Origin: Caldisericia bacterium
Lineage (GTDB): Bacteria > Caldisericota > Caldisericia > UBA6126
NCBI GenBank assembly: GCA_028700655.1
Contig: JAQVSG010000002.1
Coordinates: 57,844-121,843 of the forward strand
Length of the DNA stretch: 64,000 bases
Direction of reading: 5' to 3'
In this document: in pieces, positions 1 to 10,102 of the stretch
How the letters are laid out: every line of letters begins with the position of its first letter
Numbering within the stretch: the first letter of the stretch is position 1
Made by a program: the position numbers and the translations under genes
The notes under the pieces: model-generated
What the model saw: the letters and a program-made list of their open reading frames with translations, nothing else
Told to the model about the DNA's origin: nothing
Databases searched by the model: none

Positions 1-245
1 TAGCCTTCACGGTCATCGGTTTCTTTTCGAATAGCAGTAGCGACTGTCGCAATTTTAGAAAGACCACCTTCGTTTACGTTTGGACCGTACTCAAAAGGAG
101 TCAATTGTCCTCTGACATTACCAGTACATAAAACCACAAAAGGGAATATGTCTAAAGCACTCGTTTTTGGCATATTAACGAACACTACACTGCATGCCAT
201 TAGAAAAGTGAGCGTTACAGATAAAATACGCTTAATTTTCTTCAA
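1..245 (-). CDS. N-terminal part (start inside the window, remainder beyond coordinate 1) of a lipoprotein resembling the 5'-nucleotidase / calcineurin-like metallophosphoesterase family
   Basis: The reverse-strand frame is open from position 1 to a TTG/GTG start at 243-248, preceded by GGAGGT (complement of 253-258). The product begins (V/L)KKIKRILSVTLTFLMACS, a lipobox signal, followed by a DxH..GNHE-like phosphoesterase N-terminus (FVVLCTGNVRGQL...GGLSKIATV). It is not in the ORF track because it is truncated by the window edge. Confidence 0.4.
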   Translation of the reverse strand, partial: MKKIKRILSVTLTFLMACSVVFVNMPKTSALDIFPFVVLCTGNVRGQLTPFEYGPNVNEGGLSKIATVATAIRKETDDREG

Positions 246-511
246 CACATATACCTCCAAAAGTTACAAATTTCTTTAATTTTACTTGTATACCTCTTTC
301 AATCAAGGGAAGCATTTATTTTTTGGCACTTTTTTTCCATGGGATCCTGTCATAAGTTTACGTTTAACTAGATAAAATAAGGATTACTCACAGAATTGTT
401 CTGTTACTTTTTTGTAACTTTAATTCCTGTCGAATGTCAAAAGAGAATGTAGAAACAATGAATAATTTTCATATAATAGAGCTATGTTTTTAAGAAAGAA
501 GGTAGTAGCAT

Positions 512-865
512 ATGGATTTACCTCCTTTAATTGTTTGGTCTGTTGCTATTTCAATCATTGTTATTGCGTTGGCTATTCTTATTCGTCTAGTACTATTTCT
601 TGTGGCGGGTAAGGTTTTTATGAATAAAGTGTCTCATTTAACAGAAAGTATTGATTCATTGGTTGAAACACTAAAAGAAAAAACGAACGATATTGGCGAT
701 CAAGCTACAAAAACCCTTGAACAGTTCAACCACAAGATCAATCCACCCCAACAGGATGAATCTGAATCAAAAAAATGGGGAAGTATTGCCAATAAGGTCA
801 TCGCAATAGGTTCTATTGTTTTTAACTTCGTTCAAATGTTTCATAAGTCAAGAAAAGGAGTCTAA
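512..865 (+). CDS. small membrane-anchored coiled-coil protein (DUF948-like)
   Basis: 117 aa with one N-terminal TM helix followed by a charged helical region. Its stop is 1 nt before the next start. Confidence 0.5.
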   Translation: MDLPPLIVWSVAISIIVIALAILIRLVLFLVAGKVFMNKVSHLTESIDSLVETLKEKTNDIGDQATKTLEQFNHKINPPQQDESESKKWGSIANKVIAIGSIVFNFVQMFHKSRKGV

Positions 866-866
866 A

Positions 867-1160
867 ATGGGTAAAGAAACTAACAATTTTGGTATTGGTT
901 TATTTTTTGGCATTGTTCTTGGTGCTTTAGCTGGTATTTTATTGGCCCCCAGCACAGGGGAAGAAACTCGTCGTAAAGTTATGGATACATCGGAAGATAT
1001 CCAAAACAACCTAAAGAATCTTTCTGCAAAAGTTCGCAAAGAAACTGAAGAAATGCTTAAAAAGGGTAAAGAGTTCGTAAAAGAAATTGAGAAAAAAGCC
1101 GACAGCAAACTTCATTCTATTGAAGAAGAACTAGAAGATTCTATATTGGATGAACAATAA
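867..1160 (+). CDS. YtxH-like small membrane/stress protein
   Basis: ATG at 867 is preceded by AAAAGGAG (853-860). The product MGKETNNFGIGLFFGIVLGALAGILLAPSTGEETRRKV has a Gly-rich TM segment and a K/E-rich coiled coil, typical of YtxH/DUF948 family proteins. The ORF-track start at 816 lacks an RBS. Confidence 0.55.
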   Translation: MGKETNNFGIGLFFGIVLGALAGILLAPSTGEETRRKVMDTSEDIQNNLKNLSAKVRKETEEMLKKGKEFVKEIEKKADSKLHSIEEELEDSILDEQ

Positions 1161-1231
1161 ACAGAAAATTGTAGCCGTTTACCAACAATCCAACAAATGA
1201 TCTAGAAATTATGTTGTAGATAGGGGTTGAT

Positions 1232-1951
1232 ATGATCAAGTCATTGTTTGTGTATTTTTTGGTTTTGTCGTTTTCGTTTGGTTTGTTCTCTTTACACGGA
1301 TGCACAAAATCTATTGAATCGAGTGATTTAACAAAAACCTATCATTCGTCTGAAATAGTTTATAGCGAAAACCTTCTTTCTGTTGTTTTTCAAAATATTG
1401 TATCCGCACCTTCTTTGAGAATACCAACCTCTATCACAAATATTCGTCAATTCCCTTTTACCTATTTAAATACAGAAGGGACTCCCATGCGGATTGTCAA
1501 GATAACTAGAGATGGCAATACACTCGATCTACTCATTGACAAACCACAAGTTAAAACGGCCTACATCATTGAAGAACCAGAAGATCTTTCTGCCATTCCT
1601 ATCGAAACCAATGCTTCCTATATGGTAAACCGTTATACTGCCGAATTAAAGCCCATTCAACAAGAATATAATTTGGCTATGGTTTCTTTATCGCTTCAGA
1701 ATCGATCCCGAAAGAAGGTTTCTTTAGATGACATACCGATCTATTTTATGGACGGGGATGGGAATCAGTATCCCGTTGATCATTACCTTTCTGACTCCCT
1801 TATGACCTGCGAATATCCTTCTTTTTTAAAACGAGATGAAATTTATGCACTTCGTTTTCTCGGATTAATTCCTTCTACCTTAAAAGAATGCTTTGTCCAT
1901 GTTGACGGTATTTCTTTTCAGTGGAATATAGATGTTGTAGAAGGTTCCTAG
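1232..1951 (+). CDS. hypothetical lipoprotein
   Basis: 239 aa. Signal peptide with lipobox FSLHGC. No recognisable catalytic motifs. Confidence 0.5.
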   Translation: MIKSLFVYFLVLSFSFGLFSLHGCTKSIESSDLTKTYHSSEIVYSENLLSVVFQNIVSAPSLRIPTSITNIRQFPFTYLNTEGTPMRIVKITRDGNTLDLLIDKPQVKTAYIIEEPEDLSAIPIETNASYMVNRYTAELKPIQQEYNLAMVSLSLQNRSRKKVSLDDIPIYFMDGDGNQYPVDHYLSDSLMTCEYPSFLKRDEIYALRFLGLIPSTLKECFVHVDGISFQWNIDVVEGS

Positions 1952-1983
1952 TGCCCTTACTAAAAAATGGGTTGGTTTTTTTT

Positions 1984-2463
1984 ATGGTTTGTTTAGTTGT
2001 ATGTAGTTTTTCGGCTTGTTCTTTGTACACCTCTGATAGTGATTTTCTACCGATACAAAACGATCTACAGTGGCTACTCGATAAAAATCAACTTTCTATA
2101 TGTGGCACCTTTGAACAATTCCTACGTTCCCCTGATGACACCTCTAATTTATCCTCCTATCAACCCACCGATTTTGTGTGTTCCAAAGATGTTCCACTTC
2201 TCTACAACTGTTTTTCAAACTCCCAGGTTGTCCTCACTGGGCGCATACCAATACACCCCCCTTCTGAGGATTTACGTACAAATACCATTGAACCCTTTCA
2301 TACTGAGGAACCCTTAAACAATGATATTCACTGTTTTCGCGGATATATAAAAACTCCTGAAGCCCACTACGAAGGCATATTTCAATACTATCCTCCCGGC
2401 CATATCGCTGTTTTTACCATTGCAAATTCACTTTTAGAAAGGATTCACCCCTATGAAGAATGA
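1984..2463 (+). CDS. hypothetical lipoprotein
   Basis: Internal ATG at 1984 gives MVCLVVCSFSAC, a lipobox. The longer ORF-track start at 1921 would overlap the upstream gene by 31 nt, so the start is uncertain. Confidence 0.4.
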   Translation: MVCLVVCSFSACSLYTSDSDFLPIQNDLQWLLDKNQLSICGTFEQFLRSPDDTSNLSSYQPTDFVCSKDVPLLYNCFSNSQVVLTGRIPIHPPSEDLRTNTIEPFHTEEPLNNDIHCFRGYIKTPEAHYEGIFQYYPPGHIAVFTIANSLLERIHPYEE

Positions 2464-3385
2464 GCCTATTTACATTATCGGTGGAGGTCCTGCAGGTGTC
2501 GCTGCTGCCGTCTATTTAAAACGATTTTCCCACGACGTACAAGTTATTGAACCAAATCCAATGCTTGGTGGTCAAGTAATGATTCCTCACATCATTGAAA
2601 ACTATCTGGGCTTTCCTACTGGGATCAATGGTTTTGAATTTGCATCTATACTGAATCAACATGTAACTGACTTACAAATACCCATTGTTCATCAAAAGGT
2701 TACAGAAATTAAAAAAATAGATGACCACGTTTTTTTAATTCATTTGGACAATGACGAAACCCTTACAGGTAAATATGTTCTTTGCGCACTGGGTACAAAG
2801 AATAGACCGTTGGATATTCCGGGAGAGAAAGAATGGACAGGAAAAGGTGTCAGTACCTGTGGTACATGCGATGGACCTCTTTTTAAAAACAAAACGATTG
2901 CTGTTGTTGGGGGAGGCGATACAGCTCTCACTGAAACATTGTTTTTAAGCACCTATGCGCAGACAATTCATCTATTTCATCGCAGAGATTCTTTTCGAGG
3001 CTTTGATTCACTTGTTAAAAAGATCCAATCAATTCCTTCTATCACCATTCATTACTCATCAATACCCGTAGAAATACATGGTAACAATACCGTAACCGCG
3101 ATGACCTATCAAAATATTGAGACCCACCAGATTTTTAAACTACCTGTCAATGGTGTTTTTGTTTTTGCAGGATATATCCCAGATACTACTATATGTAACA
3201 CACTCGTAGATGTAGATGAAAAAGGATATATTATAGTGAACGCTCAAAATGAAACTAAAACACAAGGTTTTTATGCCATTGGTGATATCTCTTCTAAATC
3301 GTTACGACAAATTGTGACTGCAATGAATGATGGTGCTGTTGCTGCAAACCATATTCACCACGATATTTTGAATTCATTAGTGTAG
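2453..3385 (+). CDS. trxB: thioredoxin-disulfide reductase
   Basis: 310 aa. N-terminal FAD motif IIGGGPAGVAAAVY, redox-active CGTCDG (the CxxC of TrxB), and a second NAD(P) Rossmann motif VVGGGDTALTE. Confidence 0.85.
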   Translation: MKNEPIYIIGGGPAGVAAAVYLKRFSHDVQVIEPNPMLGGQVMIPHIIENYLGFPTGINGFEFASILNQHVTDLQIPIVHQKVTEIKKIDDHVFLIHLDNDETLTGKYVLCALGTKNRPLDIPGEKEWTGKGVSTCGTCDGPLFKNKTIAVVGGGDTALTETLFLSTYAQTIHLFHRRDSFRGFDSLVKKIQSIPSITIHYSSIPVEIHGNNTVTAMTYQNIETHQIFKLPVNGVFVFAGYIPDTTICNTLVDVDEKGYIIVNAQNETKTQGFYAIGDISSKSLRQIVTAMNDGAVAANHIHHDILNSLV

Positions 3386-3394
3386 GAGTTTTCT

Positions 3395-6013
3395 ATGTTG
3401 AAATTCACGAAGGGTGCCTACCCAGCCAATGAGATTGAACCACAAATTTATGAACGATGGGAATCACAACATCTGTTTCAGCCTACAGATCAGTCGAAGG
3501 ATAAGATTTTCAGCATAACAATGCCTCCTCCTAATATAACCGGTGCACTGCACTTGGGACATGCACTTGATTTAACGCTACCGGACATTATTTGTCGATA
3601 CAAGAGGATGAATGGATACTCGGTTTGTTGGTTTCCTGGTACAGATCAAGCAGGTTTAGCTACCGACAATAAAGTAGAAGCCTATTTAAAAAAGCAAGGG
3701 ATCCGTAAAGAAGATATTGGCAGGGAAGCCTTTATAGAAAAAGTATGGGAATGGAAAGCTGTCTATGGGAACAAGATTGTTGAGCAAATGAAGCTATTGG
3801 GAACCTCTGCAGATTGGTCAAAACTACGGTTTACAAAAGATGAAGACTACGAAAAAGCCGTTGTTAAGGCCTTTGTCACCTATTACGAGCAAGGTTTGAT
3901 ATATCGTGGCAAGCGAATGGTACAGTATTGTCCACGCTGTAAAACTGCTTTGTCTGATATTGAAGTCTCTCATGAAAATGTAAATGGCGAATTGGTCTAT
4001 ATAAAATACTTTTTAGACCATTCCAAAGAGTTTATAACCATTGCCACAACGCGTGTTGAGACTATGCTTGGTGACACTGCTATTGCAGTTCATCCTGACG
4101 ATCCTAGATACACAAAATACCATGGTAAATATGTGGTTTTACCTTTGGTTGGTAGAAAAATTCCTATTATCACCGATGACTATGTTGAAAAGGAGTTTGG
4201 AACGGGTGCTTTGAAAGTCACACCATGCCACGATCCCAATGATTTTGAATTGGGGAAAAAACATCATCTTGATTTTATTACAGTTATTGAAAATGGGCAA
4301 CGAATGAATGACAATGCAGGTATTTATAAAGATATGCTCGTAAAAGAGGCAAGAGAAGCCATCAAACGAGATCTTGAGGAAAAAGGTTTTTTACTTAAAG
4401 TAGAACCTTTTTCTCATTCTGTTGGTCATTGCGAACGTTGTAAACATGTTTTGGAGCCGATCATTTCGGATCAATGGTATCTTCGAACCAAAACTCTAGC
4501 CGAAAAGGGTCTTAAAGCTGTTAACCAAAATGATATTCAGTATATCCCATCACGTTGGAAAAAAGTATATACCGATTGGATGGAGAACATTTTAGATTGG
4601 TGTATTTCAAGGCAGATTTGGTGGGGGATCCGTATTCCCGTTTGGTATTGTAATGCTTGCGGAGAGATGATCGTTTCTGAAACACCCCCTAAAAACTGTC
4701 CCGAATGTTCTTCATACGATTTACGCCAAGAAGAAGATGTTTTGGATACCTGGTTTGGTTCTGCTCTCTGGCCTTTTGCATGCATGGGCTGGCCAAATGA
4801 TTCCGAAAGTCTTCATAAATATTACCCCACCAGTCTATTAGTTACCGCTTTTGATATTATCTTTTTCTGGGTTTCACGAATGATTTTTTCTTCCTTACAC
4901 TTCCTGAACTCCATCCCCTTTGAAACCGTTTATTTTCATGGACTCGTATTGGACAATCAAGGTAAGAAAATGAGTAAATCCTCTTCTAATGCTGTTGATC
5001 CCACATCTCTAATACAAGAATATGGAGCTGATGCACTACGATATACAGTCACCACTTATACGAATTCCTCCGGTCAAGACATACGTTTTGACATTAAGAA
5101 AAACAAAGCATCTCGCAATTTTATCAATAAGATTTGGAATGCCGGCAGCTATGTGCTAGACAATACACAAAATATCTCCCATAAACAACCTCTCGAAAAA
5201 GAACAGTCCATATGGGATGATTGGATTGTCTATCAATTCAACGAAACACTGTCCACCGTCCAGAGTTCTATTGAGTCATACAGCTTTAATGAGGCTGCAC
5301 AATCACTATATTCTTTTTTCTGGCATGACTTTTGCGATTGGTACATTGAAATCTCGAAAACAAATCCGAATCCAATTCTTCTTCGAAAAATCTTTGCTCT
5401 ATCCCTTCAGATTATCCATCCCATAGCCCCTTTTGTCACGGAAGCTTTGTGGTTATTGATGGAAGAGAACAACGAAACTTCAATCATGTATAGTCCTTGG
5501 CCCTCCCCATTGAACCTTTCTGAAGAACGTGCAGCATACAACAACTTGGCTGTAAGAAAAATCCAAGAAATAATCCGTGTGATTCGCAATATCAAAGCCG
5601 AATTCCATTTAGCCAAACCAGCAGGGCTTAGCATCGGGATAAAAACCGATGACGAGGCTTTCCGTTCTATTCTAGAAAGGAATTACTCTACCCTATCTGA
5701 TGTTGCTAAAGTTGAAGAAGTGTATTACGAAAACACCCCTTCTTCGTCTTTAATTGCGACTATTGTTGACTCCACTACAACCGTGTTTTTCCCTAAAGAC
5801 CGTATTGATATTGAAAGTGAAATAGAGAATAAAAAACAACGAATTCTTAAAATCGAGAAAGAATTGGAAAAGTTAGAGCTGAAACGTTCCAATGAAAACT
5901 TCATGAAATACGCATCCGAGGATTTGGTGCAAGAGGTGCAAGCAAACTATGATGAGTGTCTCCTTCAAAAACAATCCATTTTACAACGTATTACCGATTT
6001 AACAAAAGAGTAA
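3395..6013 (+). CDS. valS: valine--tRNA ligase
   Basis: 872 aa class-I aminoacyl-tRNA synthetase. HIGH-type motif PNITGALHLGHAL, KMSKS motif GKKMSKSS, and a C-terminal coiled-coil typical of ValS. Confidence 0.95.
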   Translation: MLKFTKGAYPANEIEPQIYERWESQHLFQPTDQSKDKIFSITMPPPNITGALHLGHALDLTLPDIICRYKRMNGYSVCWFPGTDQAGLATDNKVEAYLKKQGIRKEDIGREAFIEKVWEWKAVYGNKIVEQMKLLGTSADWSKLRFTKDEDYEKAVVKAFVTYYEQGLIYRGKRMVQYCPRCKTALSDIEVSHENVNGELVYIKYFLDHSKEFITIATTRVETMLGDTAIAVHPDDPRYTKYHGKYVVLPLVGRKIPIITDDYVEKEFGTGALKVTPCHDPNDFELGKKHHLDFITVIENGQRMNDNAGIYKDMLVKEAREAIKRDLEEKGFLLKVEPFSHSVGHCERCKHVLEPIISDQWYLRTKTLAEKGLKAVNQNDIQYIPSRWKKVYTDWMENILDWCISRQIWWGIRIPVWYCNACGEMIVSETPPKNCPECSSYDLRQEEDVLDTWFGSALWPFACMGWPNDSESLHKYYPTSLLVTAFDIIFFWVSRMIFSSLHFLNSIPFETVYFHGLVLDNQGKKMSKSSSNAVDPTSLIQEYGADALRYTVTTYTNSSGQDIRFDIKKNKASRNFINKIWNAGSYVLDNTQNISHKQPLEKEQSIWDDWIVYQFNETLSTVQSSIESYSFNEAAQSLYSFFWHDFCDWYIEISKTNPNPILLRKIFALSLQIIHPIAPFVTEALWLLMEENNETSIMYSPWPSPLNLSEERAAYNNLAVRKIQEIIRVIRNIKAEFHLAKPAGLSIGIKTDDEAFRSILERNYSTLSDVAKVEEVYYENTPSSSLIATIVDSTTTVFFPKDRIDIESEIENKKQRILKIEKELEKLELKRSNENFMKYASEDLVQEVQANYDECLLQKQSILQRITDLTKE

Positions 6014-6019
6014 GAAAAA

Positions 6020-7309
6020 ATGCTTGCTGAAGAAATCATTATTCGACTTCCGCGTTTTCATGAAACCCCCACTCTTGGTCGCATAAAATCAGCACTGAGC
6101 TATGCAAACATGGATACAATAACCTTTCCTTGGGTTCAAATTGCGGGTTCTAAAGGAAAAGGTTCAGTTAGCACAATGTTAGATTCTATATTTCGCCAAT
6201 GCGGGTACAAAACAGGTCTTTTTTTATCGCCTCATATTCATACCATTAGAGAACGTATCACCATCCACAACAAGCCTATCGAATCCCTCTTTTTTAACGA
6301 ACTGTATGAAACTTTACAGCAAATTCTTCCTCCCCATTTATTTGAAGAACTAACTTTCTTTGAAACAATGACTTTATTAGCCGTTATGGCCTTTCAACAA
6401 TCTAAAATTGATATTGCCTTTTTTGAAACCGGCCTAGGTGGACGTTTGGACGCCACTACAGCGATACCCAATCCAATTCTATCAATCATCACATTGATAG
6501 AATTGGAACATACAAATAAATTGGGAAACACCATCGAAGAAATAGCCAAAGAAAAAGCAGGTATTATTCGTCCACACACTCCTGTTTTAATGTCAAAACA
6601 AAGTTTAGAGGCAGCCCTTGTCATTCAAGAAGTGGCTGCCCAGAAGAATAGTAAATTGTATTCTCTGGATCATCTAACCTTTGTACATCGGACATCAGAT
6701 TTCGTGAAACCTTTTGAATCCTTTGTTTTGAATAGCGGCATTACGGGCAATACCTATTCTAATATCGAGTGTAAACCGCTGGGTTTTCATCAGATAAACA
6801 ATGCAACTGTAGCTATAGTGGCCTCTGAATTGTTGACAAAAAACGGCTTTGTAGTTACTGAAAAAAACTTTCGTGACGCCCTTTCCTCGATCTCCATTCC
6901 ATGTCGTTTTGAAATCATTACAAACAAACAGAATATGTGGATTTTGGATGGAGCCCACACATTCCATTCTTGCAATTTTGTTTCAAAAACCGTTAAAGAG
7001 CGTTTTCCTGGTCAGAAAATTCCCGTTATCTTTGGATGCAAACACAATAAAAATGCACCATCACTACTCCAACCTCTTCTTGAGATTGCTTCTTCTTTTC
7101 TTTTTACAGATATCCCTGAAATTCACTCTTATCCTCTCGAATCTTTAACAAGGATTGTACAAGATTTTCATTTTTCTGGCTCTGTTCAATCGTATTATTC
7201 CAGTGAATCTACTTCCTTCTTGCAATTGCTAGAGGATAAGCCAGTCCTTATAACAGGTTCGTTAATTTTGGCAAGCTATTTTCGATCCATCCTTTTACCG
7301 AAGTTTTAA
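6020..7309 (+). CDS. folC: folylpolyglutamate synthase / dihydrofolate synthase (Mur-ligase family)
   Basis: 429 aa. P-loop IAGSKGKGSVS of Mur ligases. Conserved valS-folC synteny. Confidence 0.8.
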   Translation: MLAEEIIIRLPRFHETPTLGRIKSALSYANMDTITFPWVQIAGSKGKGSVSTMLDSIFRQCGYKTGLFLSPHIHTIRERITIHNKPIESLFFNELYETLQQILPPHLFEELTFFETMTLLAVMAFQQSKIDIAFFETGLGGRLDATTAIPNPILSIITLIELEHTNKLGNTIEEIAKEKAGIIRPHTPVLMSKQSLEAALVIQEVAAQKNSKLYSLDHLTFVHRTSDFVKPFESFVLNSGITGNTYSNIECKPLGFHQINNATVAIVASELLTKNGFVVTEKNFRDALSSISIPCRFEIITNKQNMWILDGAHTFHSCNFVSKTVKERFPGQKIPVIFGCKHNKNAPSLLQPLLEIASSFLFTDIPEIHSYPLESLTRIVQDFHFSGSVQSYYSSESTSFLQLLEDKPVLITGSLILASYFRSILLPKF

Positions 7310-7318
7310 GGGGGTTTT

Positions 7319-7834
7319 ATGTCAATTACTTCCGATATGCTAATCCGCTATCTCGATTTTGTAATCGTTGCTGTTGCCATTATTCTTACTCTTTGGATTG
7401 CATTTGATTCTTTTCGTCGATATCAAAACAAGTGGATTTTACCCACTATTGTTTTTGTGGTCACGTTTGGACCTTTTCTAATACAAAGTTTTTTCCAATC
7501 AGGAAACATTAAGTGGTTGTTGATCTCCATTTTCTTTTGGATTGTATATTTAATCATACGGCCAGAATTCACTTTAGAAGAAACTGTATCCATGGAGACA
7601 GATCAGCGTATTCGAGAGTTAACCAAAAAATATTATGAATTTGAACTAAGCAAAGCTGGAAACATTTGCCCTGTTTGTGGTTTACCGATTGAGAAAGACT
7701 TCAAAATTTGTCCAAATTGCTTTACAAAACTACGGAGTGAGTGTCCTCATTGTAAACATTTGATGGACATTAACTGGTCGGTATGCCCCTATTGTGAACA
7801 CAAAGAAAGGGATTCAAAGAAACATGAAGATTAA
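7319..7834 (+). CDS. membrane protein with C-terminal double zinc-ribbon
   Basis: 171 aa. Two or three TM helices, then CPVCG...CPNC...CPHC...CPYC (four CxxC pairs). The 3' end overlaps the rnfC start by 11 nt. Confidence 0.5.
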   Translation: MSITSDMLIRYLDFVIVAVAIILTLWIAFDSFRRYQNKWILPTIVFVVTFGPFLIQSFFQSGNIKWLLISIFFWIVYLIIRPEFTLEETVSMETDQRIRELTKKYYEFELSKAGNICPVCGLPIEKDFKICPNCFTKLRSECPHCKHLMDINWSVCPYCEHKERDSKKHED

Positions 7835-9149
7835 GACATTTCATCCCGGGGGAATGCACATCCCCGATCACAAAGATCGAACAAAGGATAAACCCATTGT
7901 TGATATGGCACCTGGTAAAGACCTTTTATATCCATTGTCCCAACATGTAGGAATACCTGCTGAACCGATTGTAGAAGCAGGACAAGAAGTTCTTATTGGA
8001 CAATTAATCGCCAAGGCTCAAGGTGACTTTTCATCGAATATTCACGCTTCTGTTTCTGGCATTGTAAAAGATATCAAAGAATACCCTCATCCTATCTCTG
8101 GATTAGGCACTGCCATTCACATTGAAAACGATTTTCAGTATTCGATGCTCCCGTCCATAAAACCGCCTTGCTTTGAATCCGAAATAAACTTAAAAGCATT
8201 TGTTTCTTTTATTCAAGAAGCAGGTATTGTAGGAATGGGAGGAGCCACATTCCCCACTCATCTAAAATTAAATCCTCCTCCGGATTCCTCTGTTGATACC
8301 TATATTATTAATGGAGCCGAGTGTGAACCCTATTTAACTTGTGATCACCGCTTAATGCTTGAAAAAACCAAAGAACTCTTTGATGGCTTACAAATCGTCC
8401 AATCGTATCTTCGTTTTAAAAAGGTAATCGTCGGTATTGAAAACAATAAGATGGATGCCATTGAACACCTCCAAAACTATGTCCAAGAAAATCCCATGGA
8501 TGTACCCGTAGAAATTGTGCCCTTGGTTAAAAAATACCCACAAGGCGCTGAAAAAAATCTGATTTTTGCTACAACAAATCGGATTGTTCCTGTCGGTAAA
8601 TTGCCTTTTTCTGTGGGTTGTATTGTGCAAAATGTAGGTACGCTTATTGCCATATCGCAAGCTATCCGCGAAGGCACCCCCATGATTTACCGTGTCCTAA
8701 CAGCTAGTGGAGACTGCCTACAAGAGCCAAAAAACATTCGCGTTCCTATTGGAACCCTTCTTTCAGATATTGTAACTTTTTGTGGAGGCTTTGTTAAAGA
8801 CCCTAAAGAATTGGTGTTTGGTGGCCCTATGATGGGGGTTAATCAACGCTCACAAGACGTCCCCGTATTAAAGGGAACCTCTGGAATCATTTTTTTAAGT
8901 ACCCTGGAGCCTTTGCATGAAACTTCTTGCATTCGGTGCGGTCGATGTATTGAAAATTGCCCTGCTGGATTGATGCCATATCGATTTGTAGAACTCGCTA
9001 AAAAGAATCACTTCGAGGATGCAAACCACTATTTTGTGAACTCCTGTATTGAATGTGGCCTATGTACTTACAATTGCCCAGCACGAATTCCAATTTTAAA
9101 TTATATCCGTGTAACCAAACAGGAATTAAAAAGAAAAAGGAGTCGTTGA
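7824..9149 (+). CDS. rnfC: Rnf electron-transport complex subunit C (NADH-binding, 2x[4Fe-4S])
   Basis: Two ferredoxin motifs, CIRCGRCIENCP and CIECGLCTYNCP, at the C-terminus, and GxGGAxFP-type NADH site GMGGATFPT. The start was chosen at ATG 7824 (MKIKTFHPGG); the ORF track's longer start at 7794 is also possible. Confidence 0.9.
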   Translation: MKIKTFHPGGMHIPDHKDRTKDKPIVDMAPGKDLLYPLSQHVGIPAEPIVEAGQEVLIGQLIAKAQGDFSSNIHASVSGIVKDIKEYPHPISGLGTAIHIENDFQYSMLPSIKPPCFESEINLKAFVSFIQEAGIVGMGGATFPTHLKLNPPPDSSVDTYIINGAECEPYLTCDHRLMLEKTKELFDGLQIVQSYLRFKKVIVGIENNKMDAIEHLQNYVQENPMDVPVEIVPLVKKYPQGAEKNLIFATTNRIVPVGKLPFSVGCIVQNVGTLIAISQAIREGTPMIYRVLTASGDCLQEPKNIRVPIGTLLSDIVTFCGGFVKDPKELVFGGPMMGVNQRSQDVPVLKGTSGIIFLSTLEPLHETSCIRCGRCIENCPAGLMPYRFVELAKKNHFEDANHYFVNSCIECGLCTYNCPARIPILNYIRVTKQELKRKRSR

Positions 9150-10102
9150 TGAGCAACTATGTAATTACTGCTTCTCCCCATATTCGAAATAAAATAAATA
9201 CAGCTTTTCTAATGAACATGGTCAGTATTTCTTTACTTCCTGCTACCATAGGGGGTATTGTTATCTTCGGTTGGACAAACACTCTTCCCTTAATCGCATT
9301 ATCTATCATCTCGGCTGTTGTTAGTGAAGCACTCTTCCAAAAACTTTTAAAACTTCCCATGTCTTATTTAGATGGTAGTGCCATTGTTACGGGTTTTCTC
9401 TTGGCCCTTTGTTGCCCCCCTGGTATCCCTCTATGGTTACCTGTTATCGGTAGTTTTTTTGCTATTTTTTCGAAACAAGTCTTTGGAGGTTTGGGTCATA
9501 ATCCATTTAACCCTGCTCTTATTGGACGCGCTTTCTTGGTTTTATCCTTCCCTGCACATATGACCTCTTGGTTAAAACCCTTTGACGTAGTGACAACCTC
9601 CACCCCCCTGGCAGTGTTTTCTGAGAAAGGAATGAGTGGAGTTCTTGGTCTCTTTCAAGGATCTGTCTCTACTATGCATAAAAGTATGTTTTGGGGCATT
9701 CGTGGAGGCTGCATTGGAGAAGTTTTCATTCTTGGACTTCTTCTCGGTCTCGCCCTTTTATTACTAACTAAAACAATTCAATGGTATGTTCCTGTTACAT
9801 ACATGGGTACTGTATTTTTGGTATCGTGGATGCTAGGAATGGATCCCATATTTTCAATTTTAAGTGGCGGAGTTATGTTTGGCGCTTTTTTTATGGCAAC
9901 AGACTACGTTACTTCTCCGATGCTTCCACAAAGCAAAATTATATATGGTTTCGGTTGTGGTTTCATCAATGTTATGATCCGTTTCTTTGCCAATATGCCC
10001 GAGGGTACAACTTTTGCAATTTTACTCATGAACGTCATTACACCCATGTTGGATAACCGGATTAAAAAACCTGTTGGATTTGTAAAGGAGAAAACCTCAT
10101 GA
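9149..10102 (+). CDS. rnfD: Rnf complex subunit D (polytopic membrane, FMN attachment)
   Basis: ATG 9149 overlaps the rnfC TGA (ATGA-type overlap) and is preceded by AAAAAGGAG. The product is a polytopic NqrB/RnfD-like membrane protein (…GGLGHNPFNPALIGRAFL…). Confidence 0.9.
   Translation: MSNYVITASPHIRNKINTAFLMNMVSISLLPATIGGIVIFGWTNTLPLIALSIISAVVSEALFQKLLKLPMSYLDGSAIVTGFLLALCCPPGIPLWLPVIGSFFAIFSKQVFGGLGHNPFNPALIGRAFLVLSFPAHMTSWLKPFDVVTTSTPLAVFSEKGMSGVLGLFQGSVSTMHKSMFWGIRGGCIGEVFILGLLLGLALLLLTKTIQWYVPVTYMGTVFLVSWMLGMDPIFSILSGGVMFGAFFMATDYVTSPMLPQSKIIYGFGCGFINVMIRFFANMPEGTTFAILLMNVITPMLDNRIKKPVGFVKEKTS

Noticed and set aside
848-1108. Antisense or nested ORFs from the six-frame track. Examples: 848-1108(-), 2740-2952(-), 4537-4785(-), 6394-6967(-), 8388-8683(-), 10963-11268(-), 12030-12584(-), 17477-18034(-), 25591-26669(-), 56331-57411(-), 62104-62983(+).
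   Set aside because: Each lies entirely inside, and opposite or out of frame to, a long ORF with strong family motifs. They have no RBS and low-complexity translations, so they are typical spurious ORFs in AT-rich DNA.
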